A stretch of DNA of 64,000 nucleotides from Occultella glacieicola (GTDB lineage: Bacteria > Actinomycetota > Actinomycetes > Actinomycetales > Beutenbergiaceae), in the NCBI RefSeq assembly GCF_004353825.1, contig NZ_SMNA01000009.1, forward strand, positions 1 to 64,000, read 5' to 3'. Below, one piece after another: positions 1 to 10,052 of the stretch (positions are counted from its first letter, which is position 1; every line of letters starts with the position of its first letter). The notes beneath the pieces were generated by a model. That model saw only the letters and a list, made by a program, of their open reading frames with translations, did not search any database and was not told where the DNA came from. The position numbers and the translations under genes are program-made.

Positions 1-68
1 AGCTAAGCCCCTCTGCGCCGATGGTACTGCGTGGGAGACTACGTGGGAGAGTAGGACGCCGCCGGACA
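1..68 (+). rRNA. rrf: 5S rRNA, 3' portion (5' end lies before the window)
   Basis: AGCTAAGCC...GCGCCGATGGTACTGC...GGGAGAGTAGGACGCCGCCG matches the conserved 3' half of actinobacterial 5S rRNA. Confidence 0.96.
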
Positions 69-76
69 ACACTTCA

Positions 77-111
77 GACAAGGGCCACCCCACACCGGGG
101 TGGCCCTTGTC
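77..111 (+). terminator. rrn operon terminator hairpin
   Basis: Perfect 15-bp inverted repeat GACAAGGGCCACCCC/GGGGTGGCCCTTGTC with a 5-nt loop just after 5S. Confidence 0.85.
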
Positions 112-163
112 GCATTCTCAGGTACTTTTGGACCGCACCATTGAACGGGCATGAAGGAGCACG

Positions 164-2131
164 ATGTCTGACCAGCGACCTGACCGTGGCGAGGACGCTG
201 ACGGCCGCAAGCCACGCAGCGGCGGTGACGCAGGCTCGCGTGGATCGCGTCGTGACGGTCCCGGTGGCTCCGGTTCCAGGCCCTACCAGGGCACGGGTGC
301 CGGCCGTTCGCGTGATGGCGAGCGACGTGATCGGAAGCCGCGCGACGGGCAGGGCAGCGGTCGCCCATCCGAGTCGCGTCCGCCTCGTGAGGGTGAGCGT
401 CGGTACGACTCGCGTCCGCCTCGTGAGGGTGAGCGGGGCTCTGCCGCGTCTCGGCCGCCTCGGGACGGTGAGCGTCGGTACGACTCGCGTCCGCCTCGTG
501 AGGGTGAGCGTCGGTACGACTCGCGTCCGCCTCGTGAGGGTGAGCGGGGNNNNNNGGGTGAGCGGGGCTCTGCCGCGTCTCGGCCGCCTCGGGACGGTGA
601 GCGTCGGTACGACTCGCGTCCGCCTCGTGAGGGTGAGCGTCGGTACGACTCGCGTCCGCCTCGTGAGGGTGAGCGGGGCTCTGCCGCGTCTCGGCCGCCT
701 CGGGACGGTGAGCGTCGGTACGACTCGCGTCCGCCTCGTGAGGGTGAGCGTCGGTACGACTCGCGTCCGCCTCGTGAGGGTGAGCGTCGGTACGACTCGC
801 GTCCGCCTCGTGAGGGTGAGCGGGGCTCTGCCGCGTCTCGTCCGCCTCGGGACGGTGAGCGTCGGTACGACTCGCGTCCGCCTCGGGACGGTGAGCGTCG
901 GTACGACTCGCGTCCACCCCGAGACGGTGAGCGGGGCTCTGCCGCGTCGCGGCCGCCCCGCGACGGCGAGCGTCGGGAGGGGAGGCCGCGTGACGGTCAG
1001 GGCTCCGGCCGGCCGCGTTCGGACCGTCCGGACGGCTCCGATCGTTCCGGCTCGGATGCTCAGCGTCGGCCTTTGCGGAGCGCCGATCGGCGCCTGGACA
1101 GCCGTCCGCCGCAGCGCGAGCGGATCCCGGCGCCGGAGATCGACGAGGACGTGGTGCCCAAGGACCTCGACCCCGCCGCGCGTCAGCGTCTGCGCACGCT
1201 CTCCAAGGAGAACTCCGACGAGGTCGCTCGACATCTGGTGATGGCCGGACGTCTCGTGGACGACCAGCCCGAGGCCGCGTACGAGCACGCGCAGGCGGCG
1301 TTGCGACGGGCCGGGCGGGTGGACATCGTCCGGGAGGCCGTGGCGCTGACGGCCTACGCCACCGGACGGTACGCGGAGGCACTGCGTGAGTTGCGCACCG
1401 TCCGCCGACTCAGCGGGCTCGACGCCCACCGGGCGATCGAGGCCGACTGTGAACGTGGATTGGGACGGCCGGAGCGCGCTCTCGCTCTCGCCGCGGCCGA
1501 ACCGAGTCCGGAGATGACGATCTCCGACCGCGTCGAGCTCGCGATCGTGGCCAGCGGCGCCCGTCTCGATCTCGGCGAGTCCGAGGCAGCACTGCTTGCC
1601 CTCGACAGCCCGGTGACCGCCGTCGTCACCGATGGCGAACTGAAGCAGCGGCTCGACGAGGCGCGGGTCGGGGTGCTTCGGGCACTCGGTCGCGACGAGG
1701 AGGCGGACACGCTGGCCGCGACACTGCCGACTCCGGACGAGGCCGAACCTGAGGACGACGGCGTGGAGTTCGCGGAAGTGCCGTACTCGACTGCCGAACT
1801 CGAAGCGATGGCCGTCCAGGTCGCCGAGCAGGAGGAGGCGGCCGAGCGCGCGCGGGCAGCACGCGCCCAGGAACGCCTGGACGAGGCGGACGCCCGCGAC
1901 GGTGCCGGCGACGCGGACGTGGATGCCGATCGTGACGGCGAACCTGAGCCGGACGCCGACCCTGAGCCGGTGCCGACGGACGGCTCCGGTCTCGAGATGG
2001 ACGGGGAGCCCGACCCGGAACCTGTGGACGGCGCCGAGGTCGGGATGGACGCCGAACCCGACCCCGAGCCGGTCGAGGATCCCGCAGCCCCGGCTGAGGG
2101 ATCCAACGGTGGCCCGGAGGACGAGAAGTGA
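164..2131 (+). CDS. TPR-like protein (Rv1691-like) with long Arg/Asp/Glu/Pro repeat N-terminus and acidic C-tail; contains an assembly gap
   Basis: AAGGAG RBS and ATG; helical core VARHLVMAG...VREAVALTAYATGRYAEALRELR...ADCERGLGRPERAL; usual position downstream of rrn. Confidence 0.8.
   Translation: MSDQRPDRGEDADGRKPRSGGDAGSRGSRRDGPGGSGSRPYQGTGAGRSRDGERRDRKPRDGQGSGRPSESRPPREGERRYDSRPPREGERGSAASRPPRDGERRYDSRPPREGERRYDSRPPREGERXXXGERGSAASRPPRDGERRYDSRPPREGERRYDSRPPREGERGSAASRPPRDGERRYDSRPPREGERRYDSRPPREGERRYDSRPPREGERGSAASRPPRDGERRYDSRPPRDGERRYDSRPPRDGERGSAASRPPRDGERREGRPRDGQGSGRPRSDRPDGSDRSGSDAQRRPLRSADRRLDSRPPQRERIPAPEIDEDVVPKDLDPAARQRLRTLSKENSDEVARHLVMAGRLVDDQPEAAYEHAQAALRRAGRVDIVREAVALTAYATGRYAEALRELRTVRRLSGLDAHRAIEADCERGLGRPERALALAAAEPSPEMTISDRVELAIVASGARLDLGESEAALLALDSPVTAVVTDGELKQRLDEARVGVLRALGRDEEADTLAATLPTPDEAEPEDDGVEFAEVPYSTAELEAMAVQVAEQEEAAERARAARAQERLDEADARDGAGDADVDADRDGEPEPDADPEPVPTDGSGLEMDGEPDPEPVDGAEVGMDAEPDPEPVEDPAAPAEGSNGGPEDEK
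374..975 (+). repeat. Intragenic tandem array encoding SRPPR[E/D]GER units (about 16 visible)
   Basis: Repeated CGGTACGACTCGCGTCCGCCTCGTGAGGGTGAGCGT and GGCTCTGCCGCGTCTCGGCCGCCTCGGGACGGTGAGCG; N-run at 550-555. Confidence 0.95.
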
Positions 2132-3222
2132 CCACCGGCGCCACCCTGCTCGGCTCCGACGAACCGCTCCAGACCGCCTACGATGTCGCCCTTCTCGACC
2201 TCGACGGCGTCGTGTACCGGGGCGCGTTCGGCGTCGCGGGTGCCCCCGAGGCGGTGACGGCCGCGCGGGCCGCCGGGATGCGTGTGATGTACGTGACGAA
2301 CAACGCCGCCCGGGCACCCCAGACGGTCGCCGATCACCTCACCGAGCTCGAGATTCCGACCAGCGCCCAGGAGGTCACCACCGCCGCACAGGCCGCCGCG
2401 GCACTGGTCGCCTCCGAGGCGCACCCGGGCACCCGGGTGCTGACGATCGGTGGCGAAGGCCTCCGGCTGGCGATGGCCGCCGAGGGCCTCACCGTCGTCG
2501 ACTCCGCCGATGACGCCCCGACGATCGTGGTCCAGGGCTTCGCGCCGACACTCGGCTGGCGGGACCTCGCCGAAGCCGTCTACGCGATCCGGGCCGGTGC
2601 CGACTACATCGCCTCCAACCTGGATGCGACCCTGCCGACCGACCGCGGCATGGCGCCCGGGAACGGTGCGCTGGTGGCCGCGGTCGTCCACGCGACCGGC
2701 GTCACCCCGCGATCGACCGGTAAGCCGCAGGCCTCGATCTTCCACCAGGCCGCGCGCCGGTCCGAGGCCCGGAACCCGCTCGTCGTCGGCGACCGGCTGA
2801 ATACGGACATCGCCGGCGCCCGGGCCGCCGGCTACCCGAGCCTGCACGTCCTGACCGGTGTGGACCAGATCACCGACGTCCTGCGGGCCGTCCCGGGGGA
2901 GCGGCCCACGTTCCTCGCCGCTGACCTCGCCGGCCTCGCCCGGACCCACCCGCTGCCCGAGTGGCACGGAGGTGCCTGGACCTGTGGGACGGCCGCGGCT
3001 CGGGTCGAGGGGACGACGCTGGTGCTGACCAGGACCGACGGGGAGGTCGCCCTCGGCGGCGGATCCGACCCGACCGAGGTGTCCCTGGACGAGTTCCGGG
3101 CGGCCACAGCCGCCGCGTGGACGGCGACCGACGCCGTCGGGCCCGACCACCCGAGGAGTGGCGACGCGGGGGGCTCCGTGCTGCCCGCCGACTTTCCACC
3201 ACTGCGCCTCGCCTCCGAGTGA
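2128..3222 (+). CDS. HAD-IIA family hydrolase (NagD-like)
   Basis: DLDGVVY motif I, VTNN, GKP, VGDRLNTDI. Confidence 0.92.
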   Translation: MTTGATLLGSDEPLQTAYDVALLDLDGVVYRGAFGVAGAPEAVTAARAAGMRVMYVTNNAARAPQTVADHLTELEIPTSAQEVTTAAQAAAALVASEAHPGTRVLTIGGEGLRLAMAAEGLTVVDSADDAPTIVVQGFAPTLGWRDLAEAVYAIRAGADYIASNLDATLPTDRGMAPGNGALVAAVVHATGVTPRSTGKPQASIFHQAARRSEARNPLVVGDRLNTDIAGARAAGYPSLHVLTGVDQITDVLRAVPGERPTFLAADLAGLARTHPLPEWHGGAWTCGTAAARVEGTTLVLTRTDGEVALGGGSDPTEVSLDEFRAATAAAWTATDAVGPDHPRSGDAGGSVLPADFPPLRLASE

Positions 3223-3267
3223 GGGTGCCGCCGGGCCGGTAGCGTGGCCCCCGAAGGGAGAACGCCC

Positions 3268-3444
3268 GTGCCCACCAGCGACGACACCACCTACGACGAG
3301 CCGATCGAGTTCGACGACCCCGAGATCGAGGCCGCGCTCACGGCTCTCGGCGGGCTGTCCGAGGTGCCGCTCAGCCAGCACGTCGACGCCTTCGAGAACG
3401 TCTACCGGGTGCTCCAGGACCGGCTCACCCAGGCCGAGGGCTGA
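3268..3444 (+). CDS. Small acidic conserved hypothetical protein (58 aa)
   Basis: GAAGGGA RBS before GTG; HVDAFENVYRVLQDRL motif; sits between the HAD gene and tlyA. Confidence 0.7.
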   Translation: MPTSDDTTYDEPIEFDDPEIEAALTALGGLSEVPLSQHVDAFENVYRVLQDRLTQAEG

Positions 3445-3445
3445 C

Positions 3446-4285
3446 GTGGCGCGTCGGGCGCGCCTGGATGCCGAGCTGGTCCGTCGGGGGCTGGCCCGGT
3501 CCCGCCAGCATGCCGCCGAGCTGATCGACGCCTCGCGGGTCCTGCTCGACGGCAGCGTCGCGACCAAGGCCGCCACCCAGCTCGACCCGGCCCGGGCGGT
3601 CCGGCTCCTGCCCCCGCCCGACGGTGCCGAACCGGAGTACGCCTCCCGCGGCGGGCACAAGCTCGCTGGGGCCCTCGACGCCCTCGGTGACGCGGCCCCC
3701 CGGGTGGCCGGGCGCCGGGCTCTGGACGCCGGTGCCTCCACCGGGGGATTCACCGACGTGCTGTTGCGCCGCGGCGCCGCCCACGTGGTGGCCGTGGATG
3801 TCGGGTACGGCCAGCTCGTCTGGGAGCTCCAGAACGACGAACGGGTCACGGTCCGGGACCGCACCAACGTCCGCTCGCTCACCCCGGAGGACGTGGCACC
3901 GGCACCCGAACTCGTGGTCGGAGACCTGTCCTTCATCTCGCTGACCCTCGTGCTGCCCGCTCTGGTCGGCGCGGTGGCACCGGACGCGGACCTGCTGCTC
4001 ATGGTCAAGCCGCAGTTCGAGGTGGGCCGCGAGCGACTCGGATCCGGGGGAGTGGTCCGGGACGCGGCCCTGCACGCCGACGCCGTTCGCACCGTCGCCC
4101 GCGCCGCGGCCGAACTCGGCCTGGCGCTGCGCGCCGTCGTGGCCAGCCCGCTGCCCGGGCCGAGCGGTAACGTCGAGTACTTCGTCCACCTGAACGCCGG
4201 CGACGGCGTGTTCCCCACTTCGGAGGAGATCGACGCGATGATCGCGGTCGCCATCGAGAACGGTCCAGCGGGGGTGACCCCATGA
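3446..4285 (+). CDS. tlyA: TlyA rRNA (cytidine-2'-O)-methyltransferase
   Basis: RLDAELVRRGLARSR S4 domain, YASRGGHKL, LDAGASTGGFTD, VKPQFE, GPSGNVEY. Confidence 0.96.
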   Translation: MARRARLDAELVRRGLARSRQHAAELIDASRVLLDGSVATKAATQLDPARAVRLLPPPDGAEPEYASRGGHKLAGALDALGDAAPRVAGRRALDAGASTGGFTDVLLRRGAAHVVAVDVGYGQLVWELQNDERVTVRDRTNVRSLTPEDVAPAPELVVGDLSFISLTLVLPALVGAVAPDADLLLMVKPQFEVGRERLGSGGVVRDAALHADAVRTVARAAAELGLALRAVVASPLPGPSGNVEYFVHLNAGDGVFPTSEEIDAMIAVAIENGPAGVTP

Positions 4286-5130
4286 GTCGCCGGGTCCTGG
4301 TCCTGACCCACCCCACCCGGCCGGCCGCGGTGCACACCGCGGACTCCGTCGCCGCCGGGCTGCGTGATCGCGGCATGACGCCCATCGACGAGTCGGAGGT
4401 CGACGGCGGCGAGATCGAACTCGCGATCGTGCTGGGCGGCGACGGCACGATCCTGCGTGCCGCCGAGCTCATCCGCGGCCGCGAGACCCCCCTGGTCGGG
4501 ATCAACCTCGGTCACGTGGGCTTCCTCGCGGAGTCCGAGGTGGACCGGGTCGCGGACGTCGTGCGCCGGGCCGCCGAGCGCGACTACGTCGTCGAGGAAC
4601 GGATGACGCTGGACGTGGCCGTCCAGCGCCCGGACTCCGACGACGTCACCCGGGGGTGGGCGATCAACGAAGCCAGCGTGGAGAAGAGCGAGCGCGAGCG
4701 GATGATCGAGGTCGCGATCGGCATCGACGAACGTGGCCTGTCCACGTTCGGGTGCGACGGCGTCGTGCTCGCGACCCCCACCGGGTCCACCGCCTACGCG
4801 TTCTCCGCCGGCGGCCCGGTGGTGTGGCCGGACGTGGAGGCCATGTTGCTCACCCCGATCAGCGCCCACGCCCTGTTCGCCCGGCCGCTCGTGGTCGGCC
4901 CGGATTCGCGCATGTCCGTCGAGATCCTCGCCCGCAGCTATTCGGCGGCCGTGGTGTGGTGCGATGGCCGGCGGCGGATCGAGGCCCCGCCGGGATCCCA
5001 CATCGACGTGGTTCGTGGGGCCGAACCGGTCCGGCTGGCGCGGCTGAACCTGGCCCCGTTCACCGACCGCCTGGTCGGCAAGTTCAATCTGCCCGTGGCC
5101 GGCTGGCGGGGCGGCCGGGAGGCGCCGTGA
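4282..5130 (+). CDS. nadK: NAD kinase
   Basis: LGGDGTIL, NE motif, TPTGSTAYAFSAGGP. Confidence 0.96.
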   Translation: MSRRVLVLTHPTRPAAVHTADSVAAGLRDRGMTPIDESEVDGGEIELAIVLGGDGTILRAAELIRGRETPLVGINLGHVGFLAESEVDRVADVVRRAAERDYVVEERMTLDVAVQRPDSDDVTRGWAINEASVEKSERERMIEVAIGIDERGLSTFGCDGVVLATPTGSTAYAFSAGGPVVWPDVEAMLLTPISAHALFARPLVVGPDSRMSVEILARSYSAAVVWCDGRRRIEAPPGSHIDVVRGAEPVRLARLNLAPFTDRLVGKFNLPVAGWRGGREAP

Positions 5131-6881
5131 TCGAGGAGATCCGCATCGAGAACCTGGGCGTGATCGTGTCCGCCCGGATCGAGCTGTCCCCGGGCCTGAC
5201 GGTCATCACCGGTGAGACCGGCGCCGGCAAGACGATGGTGCTGACCGGACTCGACCTGCTCCTCGGCGGCAAGGCCGATGCCGGTGCCGTACGGCCCGGC
5301 GCCGACGCCGCCTCCGTCGAGGGTCGCCTCGTGCCACCGGCCGGCCACCCGGCGCTGGCCCTGGCCACCGACGCCGGCGCCCTGCTCGACGACGACGCCC
5401 TGATCGTCGTCCGGACGGTGGCCGCTGCCGGGCGTTCGCGCGCTCACCTCGGCGGCCGCACCGTGCCCCAGGGACTGCTCGCGGACGTCGGCGCGGAACT
5501 GGTCACCGTGCACGGGCAGAGCGACCAGCTCCGGCTACGGTCGAGCGCACACCAGCGCCAGGCCCTGGACGCCTTCGCCGGACCCGAGCACCTCGACACC
5601 CTGGAGAACTACGCCCGGGCCCACACCCGTCGTCGGGCCCTGGAGCGTGAGCTGGCCGACTGGGACGCCGAGGTCACCGACCGGCGCGATGAACTCGCCC
5701 GGCTGGAACGCGACCTGGAACGCATCGACGCCCTCGAACCGGTCCCGGGGGAGCTGACCACCCTGCGTGAGGAGGCCGAACGCCTCGGCAATGTCGAGGA
5801 ACTACGGCTCGCGTCGGACCAGGCGCACGACGCGCTCGCCGGCAGCAACGACTCCGCGGAGGCCATCGACGCCCCGAACGCCGTCGAGCTGATCGAGGCG
5901 GCCCGGCGGGCCCTCGCGGCCGCGGAGAGTTACGACGGCCGACTGGCGGACTGGTCGACCCGGCTGGCCCAGCTGTCCTACCAGGCCAGCGACCTGGTCA
6001 CGGAGATCAGCAGCTACGCCAGTGCCCTCGAGGCGGATCCGGAACGGCTCGAACAGGTGCACGAGCGCCGGTCCGCGCTCGGGGAGCTGACCCGCGCCTT
6101 CGCCGACCCCGGGGACCCCGCCGATACTGACCCGCTCACCGCGGTGCTGGCGTACGCCACGTCCGCCCGGGCTCGAGTGGGTGAACTCACCGCACCCGGC
6201 GCCGGCCGGGACGCCCTCGAGACCCGCCTCGCCGAGGCCACGGAGACCGAGACCACGGCGGCGGCGGCCCTGACCGCCGGCCGGCGGGCCGCCGCGGAGG
6301 CCATGGCGCGGGCCGTCGATGCCGAACTCGCCGGACTGGCCATGGGCGGCGCGAGCATCGAGGTGGCCCTGAGCCCCCGCGAGGAACTCGCCGGCTGGGG
6401 CGCCGAGGATGTCGAGCTGCTCCTGGTCGCCCATCGGGGCGCCCCGGCGCGCCCGCTCGCCAAGGGGGCCTCCGGCGGCGAGATGTCCCGGGTGATGCTG
6501 GCGATCGAGGTCGCCCTCGCCCGGGAGCAGGCGACCACCACCGACAGTGCGCTGCCCACGTTCGTCTTCGACGAGGTGGACGCCGGGGTCGGCGGGCGCG
6601 CCGCCGTCGAGGTGGGTCGCCGCCTGGCCGAGCTGGCCAGGCACACCCAGGTGATCATCGTCACCCACCTCGCTCAGGTCGCCGCCTACGCGGACCGGCA
6701 CGTCGTGGTCACCAAGACCACCCACGACGGCGCGGATGCGGTGACGAACAGCGACCTGCGCGAGGTGACCGGCGCCGACCGCGAGGCCGAACTGGCCCGC
6801 ATGCTCAGCGGCGATGCGGACTCCGACACCGCCATGCGGCATGCCGCGGAACTCCTCGAACGGACGGGCGTGGGACCATAG
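5127..6881 (+). CDS. recN: DNA repair protein RecN
   Basis: ITGETGAGKT Walker A, VHGQ, ASGGEMSR, FDEVDAGVGG, THLAQVAA; GTG overlaps the nadK stop. Confidence 0.97.
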   Translation: MIEEIRIENLGVIVSARIELSPGLTVITGETGAGKTMVLTGLDLLLGGKADAGAVRPGADAASVEGRLVPPAGHPALALATDAGALLDDDALIVVRTVAAAGRSRAHLGGRTVPQGLLADVGAELVTVHGQSDQLRLRSSAHQRQALDAFAGPEHLDTLENYARAHTRRRALERELADWDAEVTDRRDELARLERDLERIDALEPVPGELTTLREEAERLGNVEELRLASDQAHDALAGSNDSAEAIDAPNAVELIEAARRALAAAESYDGRLADWSTRLAQLSYQASDLVTEISSYASALEADPERLEQVHERRSALGELTRAFADPGDPADTDPLTAVLAYATSARARVGELTAPGAGRDALETRLAEATETETTAAAALTAGRRAAAEAMARAVDAELAGLAMGGASIEVALSPREELAGWGAEDVELLLVAHRGAPARPLAKGASGGEMSRVMLAIEVALAREQATTTDSALPTFVFDEVDAGVGGRAAVEVGRRLAELARHTQVIIVTHLAQVAAYADRHVVVTKTTHDGADAVTNSDLREVTGADREAELARMLSGDADSDTAMRHAAELLERTGVGP

Positions 6882-6886
6882 GGTCG

Positions 6887-8074
6887 ATGAGATCCCTGCT
6901 CCGACGCCGATCGAGTGACGCCAGCGCGCCCTCCGATGCGCTCCACCATGTCCGGGTGGACCCGCGTACCAAGTCGTTGACGAAGCGCCTCCGGGCCGGC
7001 GAGATCGCCGTCATCGACCATGAGGACATCGACCGCGTCTCCGCCGAGGCCCTGGTCGCGGCCAGGCCGAGCGCCGTGCTGAACGCCGCGAAGTCCACCT
7101 CCGGGCGCTACCCGAACCTGGGCCCGCAGATCCTCGTCGACTCCGGCGTCCCCTTGATCGACGACCTCGGTCCCGATGTGATGACCCTCAAGGAGGGCAG
7201 CACCGTCCGGTTCGACGGGGCGACCGTCTTCGACGCCTCCGGCTCGGTCGTCGCCGAGGGCACCCGCCAGGACGACGCGAGCGTGGCGGCCGCGATGGAG
7301 GATGCTCGCGCCGGCCTGTCCGTCCAGCTCGAGGCCTTCGCAGCGAACACGATGGACTACATGAAGCGGGAGCGTGAACTCCTGCTCGACGGCGTTGGCG
7401 TGCCGCGGATCAGCACCAAGATCGAGGGGCGGCACGTGCTGATCGTCGTCCGCGGGTACTCCTACAAGGAGGACCTGGCGATGCTGCGCTCCTATGTGCG
7501 TGAGTACCGGCCGATCCTGATCGGCGTGGACGGCGGCGCGGACGCGATCATCGAGGACGGGCTCAAGCCCGACCTGATCGTCGGGGACATGGACTCCGTC
7601 TCGGACAAGACCCTGCGCAGTGGGGCCGAGGTGGTGGTACACGCCTACCGCGACGGCCGCGCGCCGGGGCTGGAACGCGTGGAGCAGCTCGGCGTCCCGC
7701 ACGTCGTGTTCCCGGCCACCGGGACGAGCGAGGACATCGCGATGCTCCTGGCCGACGACAAGGGCGCCACGCTGATCGTGGCCGTCGGCACCCACGAGAC
7801 CCTGGTGGAGTTCCTGGACAAGGGCCGGTCGGGGATGGCATCGACGTTCCTGACCCGGCTGCGGGTCGGCGGCAAGCTGATCGACGCCAAGGGTGTGTCC
7901 CGGCTGTATCGGCACCGCATCTCCAACTGGCAGGTCACCGGCCTGATCCTGGCCGGTCTCGCGGCCCTCATCGCCGCCATGGCCGCGACCCCGGCCGGGC
8001 AGGCGTTCTTCGGGCTCGTCCTGGCCCGCTTCGATGACATCTGGTCCTGGGTCCGGGGGTTGTTCGGCGGCTAG
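6887..8074 (+). CDS. steA: SteA cytokinetic ring protein (thiamine pyrophosphokinase-like domain, C-terminal TM)
   Basis: SGRYPNLGP, GVDGGADA, IVGDMDS, FLDKGRSGMASTFLTRLRVG; follows recN. Confidence 0.9.
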   Translation: MRSLLRRRSSDASAPSDALHHVRVDPRTKSLTKRLRAGEIAVIDHEDIDRVSAEALVAARPSAVLNAAKSTSGRYPNLGPQILVDSGVPLIDDLGPDVMTLKEGSTVRFDGATVFDASGSVVAEGTRQDDASVAAAMEDARAGLSVQLEAFAANTMDYMKRERELLLDGVGVPRISTKIEGRHVLIVVRGYSYKEDLAMLRSYVREYRPILIGVDGGADAIIEDGLKPDLIVGDMDSVSDKTLRSGAEVVVHAYRDGRAPGLERVEQLGVPHVVFPATGTSEDIAMLLADDKGATLIVAVGTHETLVEFLDKGRSGMASTFLTRLRVGGKLIDAKGVSRLYRHRISNWQVTGLILAGLAALIAAMAATPAGQAFFGLVLARFDDIWSWVRGLFGG

Positions 8075-8127
8075 CACCACCCCGCCCCGACCAGGCCCGG
8101 CCACAGACCGAGAAGGAAAGCCCACAC

Positions 8128-9198
8128 GTGATCGACTTCCGCTACCACATCGTCTCCCTGATCTCGGTGTTCCTCGCGCTCGCCGTCGGCATCGTGCTCG
8201 GCGCCGGACCACTGCGCGACTACATCGCGGACGAGCTCACCGGTCAGGTGGAGCAACTGCGTGAGGAGAAGGAGACCCTGCGCGCTGAGCTCGACGTTGC
8301 CCAGCTCAGCCTGCAGCGACGCTCGGAGTTCATCTCGGCGTCCGCGCCGGCCCTGCTCGGGGGCACCCTCGAGGACCGGTCCGTGGCCGTCGTGGAACTG
8401 CCCGGGGCGAACACCGACGTGACCGACGCCGTCATGACCCGGCTGGAACAGGCCGGCGCCACCGTGACCGCCCGGGTCGTGGTCAGCGAGCGGTGGGTGG
8501 ACCCCGCCGAGCGAGCGTTCCGTTCCGGGATCGCCCAGAGCCTCGTGCCCTACCTCAACCCCGCGCCGGCGGATGACGCGAGCACCGAGACCATCCTCGG
8601 CCAGGCCCTCGGGCAGGCCCTGACGCTGCGGGACCCCGCCAACCTGGACGCCAGGTCCGCCGAGGCCGAGAACCTCTACGAACTGCTCGTCAGCAGCGAG
8701 CTGATCACCGAGGTGAGCGCGCCCACCGGACCGGCGTACGCGACCGCGGTGATCGCGCCGGAGCTGATCGAGGAGATCACCCAGGAGGACGCTCTGACCC
8801 GACTGGCGGAGAGCAACGCTGTCTACACCGGGCTCGCGGTGGACCTCGCCGGAGCCGGCGAAGCGTCGGTGCTCGCCGGCGCGGACGCCTTCGACGGCGA
8901 CCTCGTCCGAGCCGTGCGCGCGGACGAGGCGGCCGCGCGGGCCGTGACCACCGTGGACAGTGTCGGGACCATCACCGGACAGGTGACCGTGCCGCTGGCC
9001 GTCGTGGCGACCACCGGCGGCGGGCCCGCCAGCTACGGCTTCGCCGAGGGCGTCGACGCCGTCGTCCCCGAGCCGGTGACCCTGACCCCGCCGGACCCGG
9101 CGGCGTTCGCTCCCGGCCCCGTGGCGACGTCCGACAGTGCCGACAGTGCCGATGGGGCCGATGGGGCCGATGGGGCCGACGCGGGGGCCGAGGGATGA
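8128..9198 (+). CDS. steB: SteB/MctB-like DUF3186 membrane-anchored protein
   Basis: MIDFRYHIVSLISVFLALAVGIVLG N-terminus followed by coiled coil; follows steA. Confidence 0.88.
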   Translation: MIDFRYHIVSLISVFLALAVGIVLGAGPLRDYIADELTGQVEQLREEKETLRAELDVAQLSLQRRSEFISASAPALLGGTLEDRSVAVVELPGANTDVTDAVMTRLEQAGATVTARVVVSERWVDPAERAFRSGIAQSLVPYLNPAPADDASTETILGQALGQALTLRDPANLDARSAEAENLYELLVSSELITEVSAPTGPAYATAVIAPELIEEITQEDALTRLAESNAVYTGLAVDLAGAGEASVLAGADAFDGDLVRAVRADEAAARAVTTVDSVGTITGQVTVPLAVVATTGGGPASYGFAEGVDAVVPEPVTLTPPDPAAFAPGPVATSDSADSADGADGADGADAGAEG

Positions 9199-10052
9199 GC
9201 CGGCTGGCCGCGGCCCTCCTCGGCGGCGGCCTGACCGTGGCCGCGTCCGTGTTGTTGCGCGACACCACCCCTGGTGGCGCCACGCGCTGGCAGCGCAGCA
9301 ACTACCGCGGCACCACGGTGAGCCTGCTCGGTGGCGTCGCCACCGCTCAGGGATCGGTCTGGGCCGGGCTCGGCGCCGGAGGTCGCGCCGGCGCCGGCGC
9401 CGCCCTCGCCTCTGCCGTCGGCGGGACGCTGGGGGCGGTCGACGACCTCGATCCCGACGCGACCGCGTCCAAGGGACTGCGTGGCCACCTCGGCGCACTC
9501 GCCCGCGGTGAGGTGACCACCGGAGCCGTCAAGCTGCTCGGGATCGGCGCGTCCGCCGTCGTCGCGGCCGCCATCGGTACCCGCCTGGGTGCACGTAGCG
9601 CGGGCACGGGCACCACGACCCCTGGCCTCTCCGCGGCCGCCCGCGGGTTGGACGTGCTCACCTCGGGTGCGCTCGTGGCCGGCACGGCGAACCTCATCAA
9701 CCTCTTCGACCTTCGGCCCGGGCGCGGGCTCAAGGCCGCGGGCGCCATCGCCGCGCCCCTCGCCGTCGCCGGCGGGCCGGGCGCCCCCCTCGCCACCGGC
9801 GCCCTCGCCGTGATCGCCGCCTCCTGGACCGACGATCTCAACGAACGGACCATGCTCGGCGACACCGGGGCGAACTCCCTCGGCGCCCTGGTCGGTACCG
9901 CGTTCGCGCTGCACCCCAGTGCCCGGGTCCGGGGGATCGGCCTCACCGCCGTGGTGGCACTGACGCTGCTGAGCGAGAAGGTCAGCTTCTCGAAGGTCAT
10001 CGAGGCGACCCCGGTCCTGCGCCGGGTGGACGGCTGGGGCCGGACCGCGTGA
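9195..10052 (+). CDS. MraY/WecA-like polyprenyl-phosphate phosphoglycosyl transferase-like membrane protein
   Basis: GAVDD, NLINLFDLRPGR and MLGDTGANSLG motifs; multi-TM. Confidence 0.7.
   Translation: MSRLAAALLGGGLTVAASVLLRDTTPGGATRWQRSNYRGTTVSLLGGVATAQGSVWAGLGAGGRAGAGAALASAVGGTLGAVDDLDPDATASKGLRGHLGALARGEVTTGAVKLLGIGASAVVAAAIGTRLGARSAGTGTTTPGLSAAARGLDVLTSGALVAGTANLINLFDLRPGRGLKAAGAIAAPLAVAGGPGAPLATGALAVIAASWTDDLNERTMLGDTGANSLGALVGTAFALHPSARVRGIGLTAVVALTLLSEKVSFSKVIEATPVLRRVDGWGRTA

Noticed and set aside
374..975. Possible CRISPR array (36-nt periodicity)
   Set aside because: Units are contiguous with no unique spacers, keep the reading frame of a gene with an RBS, and no cas genes are present
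8128..9198. Copper transporter function (MctB label)
   Set aside because: Context with steA favours the cell-separation SteB role; no metal-binding motif seen
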